From the human T2T-CHM13v2.0 reference genome, Homo sapiens: DNA of 64,000 nt. The notes below the pieces were generated by a model. It had not been told where the DNA came from. It did no database searches and saw only the letters and a program-made list of their open reading frames with translations. Below are positions 15,271-32,840 of this stretch, in pieces. How positions within the stretch are numbered: the first letter of the stretch is position 1; the number at the start of each line of letters is the position of its first letter. The stretch lies in NCBI RefSeq assembly GCF_009914755.1, contig NC_060938.1. One strand, given 5' to 3'. The position numbers were made by a program, and so were the translations under genes.

Positions 15271-16989
15271 CCCTAAAATTTAACACTATGAAGTCTCTAT
15301 ATTAAATCAAAATCGTAACCATCTTGAAAGCTAAATTAAAATAATCCTGGAGCTCTGGAATGTTATTCCCTCTTAAAGCTGTATTAGGTCTTTAGGAAAT
15401 CAATGTGGTGTTACTAGTTTATGTGTATCCCATTATTCATTTAAAAAGAAACGAACACAAATATTTCACACCCTTTTTCTTGATTAATCATTTGTACCAG
15501 AGAAAACTCTGTATATACCAGTACAGGTGGGGGATTACTGGCAGGGCAGATAGTCGATTTAAGGAGTGAGGGGCAGTCTTATTAATTTGGTATTGTAAGC
15601 CCCCAATACATGTGTGTATACACATACATAAACACACACCTATGTAATTTTCACAAGACCAAACTATTAAAGTACCTAGAAAATAGAATATTTTTTCCTC
15701 TAAACTAAGATATCTGTTTATATAGACTATTGATGCAAACTAATTTTAAGTAATTATAGTGCAAGGAGCCTGATGTATGAAGATTTGACATTGTAATTTA
15801 TAATTCCTAAGTAATTATTAAATGATTAATGTTTAATCATTAATCATTTAATAATAAATGGCTACCAGATTTAGAACAAAACTTACTGTAGCCATTATAA
15901 TCTGCTAACGTTTGAAAAACTTAACATGAAATCAGCACAGAAACTAAGTTTTTAGAAATAGCCTACATAATGAAGATTATGTATTATATAGTCACAAATT
16001 TTTATTTTAGATTTCACAATGTACACTTGTCTCAAGTAAGTCTATTTAACTAGAATTTTTAAAGACTTGCGATTTTGCTAAATGTATCATCATTAGAAAA
16101 AGTTTTCTGGATGTGTATATGAGCAGGGTTTGATTATTCTGACATCAGAAAGCCAACACTAGATTCCACAGCAAGGACACTGGAATTTAAAAATCTGGAA
16201 TACTTTAACAGTAGACTTTACTCAAATATCTAAAAGACGTATCAGACTCACTCAGTAAAAAATATACTATACTTACTACAAATACATTATCTTCTAAGCC
16301 CATTCTTATTTTTAAAAATATGTACAACTAGACTAATGATGCCAAATACTTACACAAGTTCATGCATTTTAGGTGTGCTTTATTCAAAATATATTATTAA
16401 AAAATGTCAATACCTAGTTACTTCAAAAAATACCTTCAAAATGTTTACCATTCAAAACATATAAAAAGCACTGACTTTATTGTACTGCAATATAAATTCT
16501 TCACATAAAGATTTTATGTAAAACACTCTGCAGTTAGAAACAATCTTATTTACATTTTCTATAAAAGTATTTTGAAGTTTTAAAAGTCTAATCGATTTTT
16601 TTCAATACATTTCATCTCTTTGCTTTGCCAGGAACAAAGTTTCAAGTGATATCTCCATCAGCGAATAAAAAGATGTATAAGTTCACTCATATTGATAAAA
16701 CTTTTGCATTCAAATGAATACAGATTATCTAGGATAAAGATATTTCAAATGTATATGATGGGGCTAAGGGAGACATAGCTTCTGACTACTTAGTAAAATG
16801 GCAAAATCATGAATGGCATTAATTTTCTGCTATTTTAAAGGTATTATGTTTGATGAAAAGACAACTGCTATAAATGACTTTCTGAATAAATATTTCAGCT
16901 AACTGCACAAATGAGCCTGCTTCTGAGACAAAGTTAACATAGGTAAGATGAGAGAGATTTTAGAAAAGTGCTCACCAAAGAAAAACTGA

Positions 16990-17556
<567 letters not shown>

Positions 17557-17934
17557 AGGCCGGTGCTCCCATTATTATAATGAGTCCCAAAGTAAGAAAT
17601 TAAACTTTAGGGCAAAGATACAAGTAATGATAAGCTGGATATGATCACCATGGAAACATACAGCACTTTGACATCTGTCCGAGCACTACCCAATAATGGG
17701 AAAAGTATGATTCCCAAGGAGGTTCCCTTTCTCTGTTAAGCTGGAACTTTGGTGTTTCCTGTAAGAGGCAAGTTTACTTTGTCCCCAAGAGCTTAATCTC
17801 TAGTTAGAAAAGATTTTCCAACCATAACATAACTATGCTTCAGAGTTGATGCCAAAGAAAGGGGGGCAGGATGGCATTCTCTGAATAGCCAGGTGTTAGT
17901 ACTGACTTCCTCAAACTAGCTACAGCCTTTCTAG

Positions 17935-18247
<313 letters not shown>

Positions 18248-18269
18248 GTGTGTGATTTTTTAAAATATA

Positions 18270-18530
18270 AGATAAAATTCATTTTAAGTGTACCATTCAT
18301 TGTTTTTTACTACATTTACAATGTCTTGCAACCATTACCACTACCTAATTCCAGAACATTTTGATCACCCCAAAACCCCATCACCTGTATACATTGTCAC
18401 TCCCTATTTCCCCCTCCCACCAGCCCCTGAAAAACACTAATCTTTCTGTCTCTATGGATTTGCCCATTCTGGACATTTCATGTAAGTGGAATCATACAAT
18501 ACGTGGCCTTGTGTGTCTGGTTTCTTTACC
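18270..18530 (-). mobile_element. L1MB-type 3' end fragment
   Basis: 'ctaatctttctgtctctatggatttgcccattctggacatttcatgtaagtggaatcatacaata'. Confidence 0.8.
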
Positions 18531-19704
18531 TTTAACTGGTAGTTCTTCAGCCATTCCAAAGGGGCTACAATTTCGAGAATACCAAGCCACAGGTGCTCAA
18601 GATGGCGAATCTGTCCTCCCAGTGCAGCCTAGTTTCTATGGAGCTACCATATATGACAGTGTCCTATTATTGCTGCCTTTTGATCACATGAACATGGATC
18701 ATAATCAGAAGTACAAACTGTTATCTCTGGAATACGTCTTTGTAATAAAAAAAAATCCACTGGATAAAGTTTCAAAAGTGGGAAAGAATAACAAAGACAG
18801 GAATAGAATCCTTGATCTGACTATAATATTTTAACAGTGACATGTGCCCAGATTATATTTTTATCTTGGTAACACTGAAATTTATGCTATTCTGGAAGAC
18901 AAAGACCACCAAGCCATTTTTTGGTATCACGAAGCATTTAATAAGTGCTTAGTTGCATCTGAAATGTTTTTCAAAAACAAAAGTTAAAATGGGAAACCAC
19001 AGTAGGATGATTCTTCATCAGATTTCATGTCGATATTCATAAAGAGACATAATTTCAGAGCTAAGTTTGTTCTCCATAAATCAGTTCCTGGAGTTTCAAC
19101 TCAAATTGTCAAATAATTGTGCTCCCGGTGAGATTTTTATGTAACACAGAAACTCATAGTTAGGGAATTGGGCTTGCAAAAGGTAGGCCAAATATTGATG
19201 TAGTGTGGGTGAACTGTGAACTGCATTAAGCTCTACAGAGTTTTTTCAAAAGGCTAAAAATATTTATATAAAGAAGATGTAATCATCTAAAAGATTCCAG
19301 TCTCTTTTTTCTCACTCCCAACCCCCACACAAGAAAAGTCTATTTTAATTACCACAAGTCCGACTCGGCAACCATTTAGTAGCCTTTCTATAAAAACAGG
19401 CTGCAAGTGCCAAAGTGACACAGATCTTATCTTAAATATTGTTATATTGCTTGTGTCTAGAGTAATACCTGGCCTGAAAGAAGTGCTCAAAAACTATTTA
19501 ATGGACAAAGGAACAAATGAATAAACCGGGTGCCTTCACATATGACCATGTGACAACCAAGTTATCAATGCCAGAAGCCACTGCGGAGAAATCAACAATG
19601 GCGATTAAAAATGATTACCACCAGATTTTTGCTTTTGGCCACAATAGAGTAGCTTGTGATTGGACTAGCCCTCCTACTGAAAACAACGATGAAAGCTATA
19701 TTAA

Positions 19705-20215
<511 letters not shown>

Positions 20216-21398
20216 TTAAGTAGAACATCTTTTATAGGCAACAGGGAGCAAACCAATGCAGGGAGAACTTGACGAGCTGCAATAAAATAGCTGAAAGGAG
20301 GGAAAAAAGGGAAGCACACTTTGGTGAGCTCTGTGTTCATTTTGATTACTTCTTCAAGGCACTGCAAATTCACAACACAGGGAAATAAATACCTAGCAGC
20401 AAGCAGTAATCCCACTTGGTTGAAGAGACAAAAGTTGGAGCTTGGGAAAGTAGCTAGGACTTAAGGGGCAAAATCCCAGAGCGAAGAAACCTCAGGGAAG
20501 TGAGCCTGAAATACTGGTACAGTATCTCCTTGAGGTGTCTGCCAATTGCAGACTCCTGTGCAACAAGGTGAGACTTCAAGAAATCCAGCAAAAAGCAGCA
20601 GATGAGAGGCTAACGAGCTGAGCAGCTCTTAGTACTGAGGAGGGAAAGGTTGGAATTCAAGGTCACCGAGGTGAAGTGGCCCTGATAAACACCCTAGATT
20701 TTCAGATGAGAGCCCAAAGAGGCCATATGCTAGGAGTAAGAGCAAAACTGAAATGTACAAGCCCAACAAAGTCTAAAACCAACCTTCAATAGGATTACAG
20801 TGATATGCCTGTATTTTATCAGACTGCAAGAAGAAAACATAACCATCTTAGAGGAAGATAACATCGTTCAAAGCCCCTACAGTATTTAACACACAATGTA
20901 TGACATTTCACCAAACTTATAAGGCATGCTAAAAAACAGCACCAAATGACTGACAACAGACAATGGAAACAAACAACTAGTAGTAGTAATCAGACACTGG
21001 ATTTCTCAGACAAGAGTTTTAAAATTACTTTGATTAATGTGTTCAAGAATATAGAGGAAAAGACAAGATATGATCAGAGACTTGGCACCTACAAAAAAGT
21101 GTCATGGATATTTTAGAATCCAAAATATAAGATATACAACTAAATTTAAAATTGATTAGGCTCAGCAGAACAGGATAAGTTAATTAGGTCAGTAAAAACT
21201 ATACAGATTGAAGTACAGGGAGAAATTAAGATGGCAAACAAAGGACTATAACAGACATATGGAACATAGTATAACACACAATCCTAGAAAACGGGAGAGA
21301 GAAAACGGATTGGAAAAAACTATTTGAAGAATGACTGGTTAAGAATTCTAATAAGGAAGGACATCAACCAACAGATTCAGGAAGTTTACCAATCTTAG

Positions 21399-21705
21399 GA
21401 TGGATGAAGCTGGAAACCATCATTCTCAGCAAACTATCAAAAGATCAGAAAACTAAACACCGCATGTTCTCACTCATAAGTGGGAGTTGAACAATGAGAA
21501 CACATGGAAACAGGGAGGGGAACATCACACGCTGGGGCCTGTCGGGGGGTTGGGGGCTAGGGGAGGGATAACATTAGGAGAAATACCTAATTTGGTGACA
21601 GGTTGATGGGTGCAGCAAACCACCAGGGCACGTGTATACCTATGTAACAAACCTGCACGTTCTGCACATGTAACCCAGAACTTAAAAGTATAATAAAAAA
21701 TAAAA
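21399..21705 (+). mobile_element. L1PA (about PA7-8) 3' end fragment
   Basis: 'tggatgaagctggaaaccatcattctcagcaaact...gtgcagcaaaccaccagggcacgtgtatacc...cttaaaagtataataaa'. Confidence 0.9.
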
Positions 21706-21833
21706 ACAAAGACGAAGAGAAAATCTTAAAAGTGACCACAGAAAAAAGACACATTACCTTCAAAGGAAATATAACTAATGGCTTTTTCCACAGAACTTAA
21801 GGATTGGAATGATATCTTGAAAATGGTGAACCT

Positions 21834-22230
<397 letters not shown>

Positions 22231-22473
22231 TTACATGATACATGAATTTTATCTTAAAAAAATAAAAATACAGAAAAATAAAGGCAAAAGAAAGAAGGTT
22301 TCAAAAAACAAAAGCTGAGAGAATTCATTGTCAGAAGACTGGCACTAAAATAAATACTAAAGAGAATTCTCCAGATGAAGAAAAGTAATCCCAGATGGAA
22401 GTAAAAAAGGCAGGATGGAAAGAAAAACACCAGAAAACATAAATATGTGAGCAAACAAACAATATAGAGTCTA

Positions 22474-23514
<1,041 letters not shown>

Positions 23515-24006
23515 TCATAAAATTCCTGCATTGTTGGGAAGTGGTAATGTACCAATTTAAGGCAGCAAGTCAAAGATACAAGCTGTAATCTTTAAGGTAC
23601 TAAATGAATTTCTAAAAATTACTAACGAACTAACATAGGAGGAAACAATGGACAAAAGAAAATATTTGGTTTATCAAAAGAAGACACAATACAGGAACCA
23701 AGAGGATATAGGACAAAAATGTAAAAGAAATTGTAAGATGGTAGACTTAAAACCAATAATAATTACATTAACTGTAAGTAGACAAGATATATTCCAATTA
23801 ATGACAACTTTCCCACAAAGAAAACTTCTCATTCAAGTGGCTTCAATGGTGAATTATTTTAAACAGGAGGAATAATATCAGGTGCAAACTCTTCCAGAGT
23901 GTAGAAAAAAAGGGAACACATCTCCAACTTTTTTTTTATGAGGCCAGAATAATCTTGATACCAAAACTTGACAAAAATATTAAAGACAGAAAAATTACAG
24001 GTCTGT

Positions 24007-24345
24007 CCTTCTTCTTCCTCCTCCTCCTCCTCCTCCTCCTTCTTCTTCTTCTTCTTCTTCTTTTTTTAATGCTAGGCTCCTGCTCTGTTGCCCAGGTGGG
24101 AGTACAGTGGTACAATCTTGGTTCACTGCAACTTCTGCTTCCTGGACTCAAGTGATTCTCCCACCTCAGCCTCCCAGGTATTTGGTACTACAGGTGTGCA
24201 CCACCATCCTTGGCTAATTAATCTTTTGTAGAGATGAGGTCTCTCTATGTTGCCCAGGCTGGTCTCCAACTCCTGGGCTAAAGCAATCCTTCCTCTTGGC
24301 CTCCCAAAGTGTTGGGATTACAGGTGTGAGATACCACACCCAGTC
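24007..24345 (-). mobile_element. AluJ with (CCT)n(CTT)n microsatellite tail (24007-24062)
   Basis: Reverse AluJ whose tail has become trinucleotide repeats. Confidence 0.85.
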
Positions 24346-24605
24346 TAGGTCTATCCTCCTTATGATCCAAAAATCTTAGGCAAAATATTAGCAAACTATA
24401 TCCATTGATATATGAAAAGGGCAATACATCATGAAAATGGAATTTATTCTATTTTCAGCATTTGAAAATTGAAGAATAAAGAAGAAAAATACAAGATTAT
24501 CTCAACAGAGGCAGAAAAAGCATTTAGTAAAAACTCTCTGAAAATTAGAAATAAAACAATCTGCTATATGATATCTATAAAAAAATTAAATAAAACATAA
24601 TATTG

Positions 24606-25007
<402 letters not shown>

Positions 25008-25724
25008 TCATTTAGCATGTTATTGGAGGTCCTGATCAGCTCAATAAGGCAAGAAAAATAAAAATTGAAAAGGCAGAAATGAAACTGTCATTATTTACAG
25101 ACGATATAACTGTAGACTTAAAGAAATCTAAAATAATATACAGATTAGAATTAAAAAGTGAATTTAACAAGGTTTCTAAGTGAAAGGGTAATATACCAAA
25201 AAAACTATATTTCTATAAACTAATTAAAAACAATTTGATAATAAAGTAAAACTGTCAAAAACCTAGATATAAATCTAACCTCTACATGTAAATCTATAAA
25301 ACACTGGTGAGACAAATTAAATACCTAAGTAAATAGAGGGATATACCATGTCCATGCATTGGAAAACTCAAAATTGGTAAGATATAATTTCTCCTGAAAT
25401 TGATTTATACATTCAATGCAATACCAATTAAACCCTAACATCCTCTGCCCCCAAAACTAACAAGGTGATTCTAAAATGTATATGGAAATGCAAAGGATTA
25501 AGAATAGCCAAAACTATTAGAACTATTAGATAAAAGTTAGAGGTCTTACACTACCAGATATGAAGACTTCATAAAAATTACAACTCAGCTTTTCAATACA
25601 TTGTGCTGGGTCAAGTTAATACTCATATGGAAATACATAAACTTTGGCTACTATTTCACATCATATACAAATATCAGCAGTAGATGGACTGTAAACCTAA
25701 TGTGGATGGTAAAACAATAAAGCT

Positions 25725-26068
<344 letters not shown>

Positions 26069-27790
26069 TGAACATTTATTAAATACGACGCAAAAGTATT
26101 AGCAATTAAATAAAAGACTGGTATATTGGACTTCATAAAATTTTTGGTCATCAAAGGAAAGCACTTAGAAAGTAGAAAAGCAAACTAAAGAGAAGACATT
26201 TATGGTAAAATATCAGACAAAAACCCTCATATCCATAAAATATAAAAGACTCCTGCAAGTCAGTAAGAAAAAAAGACAACCCAATAAATATGAACAAATG
26301 ACTTGAACAGGCACTTAATTGAGGATAGCCAAATGACTAATAAAAATATAAAAAGGTGTTCCACACATCACTACTTATCAGGAAAATACACCTTAAAATC
26401 TCAGTGAAATACAAAATCACCAGAATGGTTAAAACCACAATCAAATATACACATTTGTCAGAGTGGCTAAACTACTAGGGCTGATGGTACCAAGCACTGA
26501 TGAGGATGTGGAAGAACTAGAACACTTACACATTATTGGTGGGTATGTAAATTGGTACAACCATTGTTGAAAACCATTTGGTAATATCTTCTACAGCTAA
26601 ATATATATTCATCTTATGACTCAGTAGTTTCACTCCTTTTTTTTGTCTGTTTTTTTGAGACAGGGTCTCACTCTATCGCCCAGGATGGAATGTAGTGGTG
26701 CGATCAAGGCTCACTGCAGCCAGCTGTTTCACTTTTAAGTGGACACACAAGAGAAATGAGTGTACGTGTCCATTAAAATATATGCACAAGAATGCTTATG
26801 GCTGCTTTAAACACAAAAGCTAAAAATTACAAACAACCAAAATGTCTATCAGTGGGAGAATGGATAAATTGTGATGTATTTATCTGATGGAATACTACAG
26901 AGCAACGAAAAAGAACAAACTACTGTTATTGCTACATGCAACAACATAGATGCATTTCACAGACATAATGCTGATCAAATTAAACCAGACACAAAAACCT
27001 ATAGACTGGATAATTCCATGTATAGGAATGTCAACAACAGTGACAGAGGTCAGAGTGGTGGTTATGTATGAGGACTGACTGGGAGCCTCATCTTGATCTG
27101 AATGATGGTTATATGGGCGCATATATATGTAAACATTTATTGAGCTGTATATTTCAGACCTGTGCACTTTACACACCATGTTGCAATAACATTTTAAACA
27201 ATATGATCACTATCTATATGTAGTTTTAGTGCTCCATTTGGACTGGTCTCTGGCCACTGGATGTCAGTGTTTGGAGCAGTGGGCAGCAGGAAAAGCTGGG
27301 GAAGGAGTGGGAAAACAGAGGAGAGAGCTATCACATGGGCTTCCTAGAGAAAAATAAGCACTTTATGAAGCTTATAAGTTCCTTTATGTACACAGTAGAC
27401 AAAGCCTTTTAAAGAGATTTGTCCATACGGGCACTGAAATAACATTTTTGTAAAGTAGCCTTCTCTATGTTGATTGCAGATGTTTCTATCTCAGAATTTA
27501 AGTCTACTTGCTTTCTCACACAGCATCATTATTTCCTTATTCCTAATAATTTTCATCACAAACATTTCCCAGCTCTGTCCCAATCAAGTTCTTATTTCTC
27601 TGAACGGAATTACAATTTATAAATGTAGGTCCACATGCAGATATCTTAATAAGTAGTGAAATACCAGTGTAGAAATACACAAATGAGTGTGGACACACCA
27701 TAGAAAAGCAGAAAAATACGAGAAAAAGTGCATGTACGGAGTATGGGATGAACTGATGCAGTTAAGGAAGACAACTCACAAAGCAACTCA

Positions 27791-28083
<293 letters not shown>

Positions 28084-30629
28084 CTATACTTTTAATTGTC
28101 CACATAGAATAGAGGAAAAACAATGTTTTTCATCTTTTTTAATCTTCCATTTACCTTTTAGTAAGACAAATTCTTATCTTTATGTAAAACTGTGGAAGAG
28201 CAGTTACATAGATTGTTGCAGCTTAGATTATTTTCAAGAAGTTTAAATTCTACACATAAGGATACATACCATTTTTACCAGCTATACTTTAAAATGCCAG
28301 TCTTTAAAAATTCCTCTATGTGTATATGTGGTTTCTTCTTCTTTTCAAAAATTCATGCCTGTGAAGTTTTTAGGAATATTTTTCAAAACTTTAGTACTGA
28401 GGCATTAACTGTTTATGTGACACAGCACCTTTAAATTTCTGTTTTTATTCAGCCAAAGAATGAGAATTATTGTACATTGCTAGTATTTATAATTTCAGCA
28501 AATAGGATAGCAGTATAGTACCTAAAATAAACTATTAGGAATAACTGAATGCCTACCACAGCAACAGAGCTTTAATGAGGTTAATTGTCACATACATATC
28601 CATTCCAACATAGCAGTGCACATTTCACATGACCAGCCTCTTATGTAGTTAAAAATAAAACTGCAGTTTTAAAATGTCAAGTTCCTCAACCTTACTGGAT
28701 TTTAAAACAAAGCAAACAAAAGAAACAAGGATTTTCTAATCTATCTATAAGCAGAAATGTCAGAAAATAAAGCTACAGTATTCCATAAAACTTAAAATTT
28801 CCTTTTCTAAGTCATGACATTTCTCTTTTGTTCTGTTTTCTTTTTCTTCTAATATTAAGAAAATTTAAAACGTAAATGAAAAAACTGCTTAATGTGGCAA
28901 GGAACAAGAATGAAACTAGATTTTTTTTTTTAGTAAAGGTGCAAATTGTATACCAACATATAAATTAAAAGTGTTATGCAATGAGAAACAATAATGGAAA
29001 CAGCATAATACTACATACTATCCCAGTTTCCTGTGCTCTGAAGAACAGCTGCTATACTAAATACTAACTTGACTTATCTGAAGTATTCAATACTTTCTGA
29101 TAACCCAAGCAGCATTATATTAATAGTTAGAATACTACTACAAAATGTCCTTCTACCTCTCCCACAAGAAATACACCAGGAAACTTAAGCCTGATGAATA
29201 ACTACTAAGAATCTTGTCTTTTAATACAAGTCTCCTTCTAGACACAAAATCCTAGCTTTTTGTAATGTGGTTAAAAGGAGTAATGGAAAAGAAATGACTG
29301 CCAATAAACATTTCCTATTTTGCACTAGGGTGAAGAAACCAAGACACAAACATTTGGAAGCCACTTTAGTTTCTTATTCCTTTTCACCCTAATAGTAGGA
29401 AAATATTAGGCACCTACTTAATTCACAAATTCATGAAACAGGGTGGACAACAGCCTTGTGTAGGGGAAGCATTTGGAATGGTAATCAACTACTTAATTAC
29501 ATAACAGGGAGCTGGGCATACAAAGAAAAGGGCTCAGAAGAAATATCTTGAAAAGTAAGCAATATAGAAGGTGAGGACAGAAGTGAGGCTAATCAAATGT
29601 TCTTAGCAAGATGTTGCCCCCCTGAAAATATGCTCCCCCAATAAAACACGTAAATAACTACTCTTAAGGAAAATATTTTCTCTAAAGAATGTCACAATTT
29701 GGAGTGAAGTTACTTAACAAAACAGGGAATAAAACCTTTAATGTTGGCTGTAGCAGTTATTTTCTTTGGGTAGATTATACTTAAAATATTTCCTTCATAC
29801 ATACTTCTGTTAAAATTTTTTTTTCCCATTCTTGAGTTTTACAATGTCTCCTATCCAAACTTCAAATTTCATTAGAGCCGGCTACATTTGTTTTAGTGCC
29901 AGATACAGGTATCAAGTGATGACAGACACTTACGTGAGGTATACAATCAATTAAAGACTGGAAATTGGGGTATTATCATGTAAGACATTTGAGAGGCCAA
30001 AAGTCATATAATTTTAAGATACTTCATGATGTTACAGTAATAATTCATCTATATAACAATTATTTTGACATAAGTGGCATATCAGAATTTAACTTATTTA
30101 CTTAGATCTTAAGGAATATTAGATGTATTCTCACATGAACACTCAAATCATGCTATTATTATCAGTCACTGGGAGAACAGCCAAAGTAATCAGGCAGTCT
30201 AAGGCACATATAGACCCAATAATTTAGAAATTTTCACCATTATGAGGTACCCTGTTTTTAATAAATATGACAATAACAGGCGCTTGAAATGGGGGCAAGG
30301 TGAATAAGTATCCAGTCAATTGTATACTTTTATAAAGTAGTGTATTTGAGAACATAAACTGAGATACAAAAGGAATTTCCTTACTTTAAAAAAAGTGACT
30401 TCTATCTTAGTAGATTTCTTTAAAATAACTTACCTTATATTTAAAAGTTAGTCATTTACATACTTAAGAAATCAACAGTAATCTAAAAAAATTAAAAGGC
30501 AGTTTTCTTGGGTAATGAACCTGTGACTCCAAGACAGACAACAATGTGGAAATTAACTCAGGAGACTGACTTTCTATTCTAGTAATTCAGTGGTTTCTTA
30601 CTTTATAAAGGTTTGGAAGAATTAATGAA

Positions 30630-30910
30630 TTTCTTTTTTTCTTAAGACAGGGTCTCGCTCTGTTGCCCAGGCTGGAGTGCAGTGGTGTGATCACAGCTCA
30701 CTGCAGCCTCGAACTCCTGGGCTCAAGCGATCCTCCACATGTTGGCCTCCCATGAGCCACCATGCTCAGCTAATTTTTATTTTTATTTTTGGAGAGACAG
30801 TGTCTCACTATGTTGCCCAGGTTGGTCTCTAACTCCTGGTTTCAAGTGATTCTCCAGTCTTATACTCCCAAAGCACAAGGATTACAGGCCTGAGCCACCA
30901 CACTCAGCCA
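30630..30910 (-). mobile_element. AluJ
   Basis: Reverse AluJ with an internal deletion. Confidence 0.87.
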
Positions 30911-32840
30911 ATCAATTTCAAAATGCTAATTAACCTCTTTCAGACACACGATCTGGCAGAGTAATTAGAAGAAACTGGTCTTTCTTAACATCTTTCCTCT
31001 ATTATCTTCCTTTTCTTATTCTTGCCTCTCAATTTGTCATATACAGTTACAAAATATATGAATCAGGATTTATGTTGGCATGAAAATTATATGCAATACA
31101 ATCAGTAAGTGAAGAAGGGAGGGGGTGGTGTGGCTCTAGTCCCAAAGTTAATGTCATAAGGAGAAATAATGTAAGTATTTGTATTTCTTAGATCTTCTTC
31201 TATTTTACTCTTAATACCAAAAAAAGAGTCCTATCATTTAACTTTTTATATATTTTGTAGTGTTTATTTTTGATGTGACCAAATGAAAGCTTTCTGAATT
31301 TTAAAGTGCAATTCACTGTATGTTAATACACAGCCTGCATAGGACCTAACTGCTTCAAACTTGGCATCAAATGCTGTCTTTTTGGTACTTATAAGTAGGG
31401 TGTAGATAAAGATATTTGACAAGAGTGCAACAGTGTTTGTTAAGGTCTTTTCAAAAGCCCATTTGAGATTATTCAGGCAGGCTCATCAGTTGACAGCTAG
31501 CCTATCTTTCCTTCTTCCTGTTAGTCTGACTGCCTTTTTACCCATTTCATCGCCTGTCGAATCCTCCTCAAGAAGAGGCAAGGGAAATAAATGAAAATGA
31601 AACCCATTAATTTCCAATATTCACAATGAAATCAATCACATCATCAATCTGTATACTGTCTGACCATTTTTCTGGATCATTTTCTATTAGCAACATAGTC
31701 CCTTTAGTTTGTACTTTATAACTAGTATTTTCTACCAGGATGCACAGTTTAAAAAATGGCTTGAAGAGCCAAATATGTTCCCAATATGTCCAATATAATT
31801 ATAAATATGGTCATTTTCTTGATTACTAGAGATCTGTGCCTGATGGAATCACATTTTGTGAATTAGCAATAGTTTGGTAATAATTCACACAAAATTTCCC
31901 ATAATTACTAGGAATAACTGAAAGCTGGGAGTAGAAAACTTTCATTAACTCAATATTATGTAGCCATTTGGGCCAGCAAAAAGTGTAAAATATTATTCCC
32001 AATAACCACTGTGGACAAAATGTGAACAGGATAATATAATATTTTGAAAATATTTTAATATTTGCCATTTTTTGCCTGTGCTATTAATATATACATTGAT
32101 TTAGTAATAAATATACTACTATTACATAGAGTGCAATATTTTTAGTATTCATAACTGGTTGAAATTAATGCTGCTATAACCTCAAGAAAGGAATAAATAA
32201 ATATCATGTCCAAATTCCAAACTAATGCTCAAAAGGTTATCATTAACAAAAACTATAAAATAAACATGTTGGGCATTATCTCTTTAAGCATGATTCCTGT
32301 AAACAAAGCAAAAAAATCACTTTTCTCAGTCCTGACATTTCACATGATGGCTTTAAAAGAAAATATAACACACAAACCCTATCACTTCTTTTTTTTTTTT
32401 TTTTTTTTTTGCATAGGGAACGAATTAATTGTATTTTTAAATGCAGCAATCTTTTAATGAAATGTTTTCATCACATAGTACTTGTTTTCTGTATGAATTC
32501 AGAACTTTTGAGCAATAAAAGTGCTCTGCATAAGTTTATAAAATATGCTTTCTGGATTTAAAATTTAACAGAAAAATTTCCAAACAAGTCATAGGTATGA
32601 TTCTAAAATATTATGTACATAATATATGACTACAGGAGGAAATTCCTCACTGTAGTACAACACAGTGTACAAATATGAAGCACAGTGTTTAGTTTAATTT
32701 CCCTTTAGGTTTTCCTCACATTGGTGCATAAGTGGCTGACTACATGACACAACATGCCCCATTCTACTTGTTGCATACAAAGTAGAAGAGGAATGTGAGG
32801 ACAAATTTAAAGTAGAAAATGAAAATAAATGGCAAAAATA

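Noticed and set aside
18361-18834. 157-aa ORF on the + strand
   Set aside because: Starts at a non-ATG codon in an L1MB 3' fragment, is antisense to the UTR, and has no recognisable motifs.
23936-24155. Poly-Arg / poly-Leu ORFs
   Set aside because: Translation of the (CCT)n(CTT)n microsatellite in an AluJ tail.
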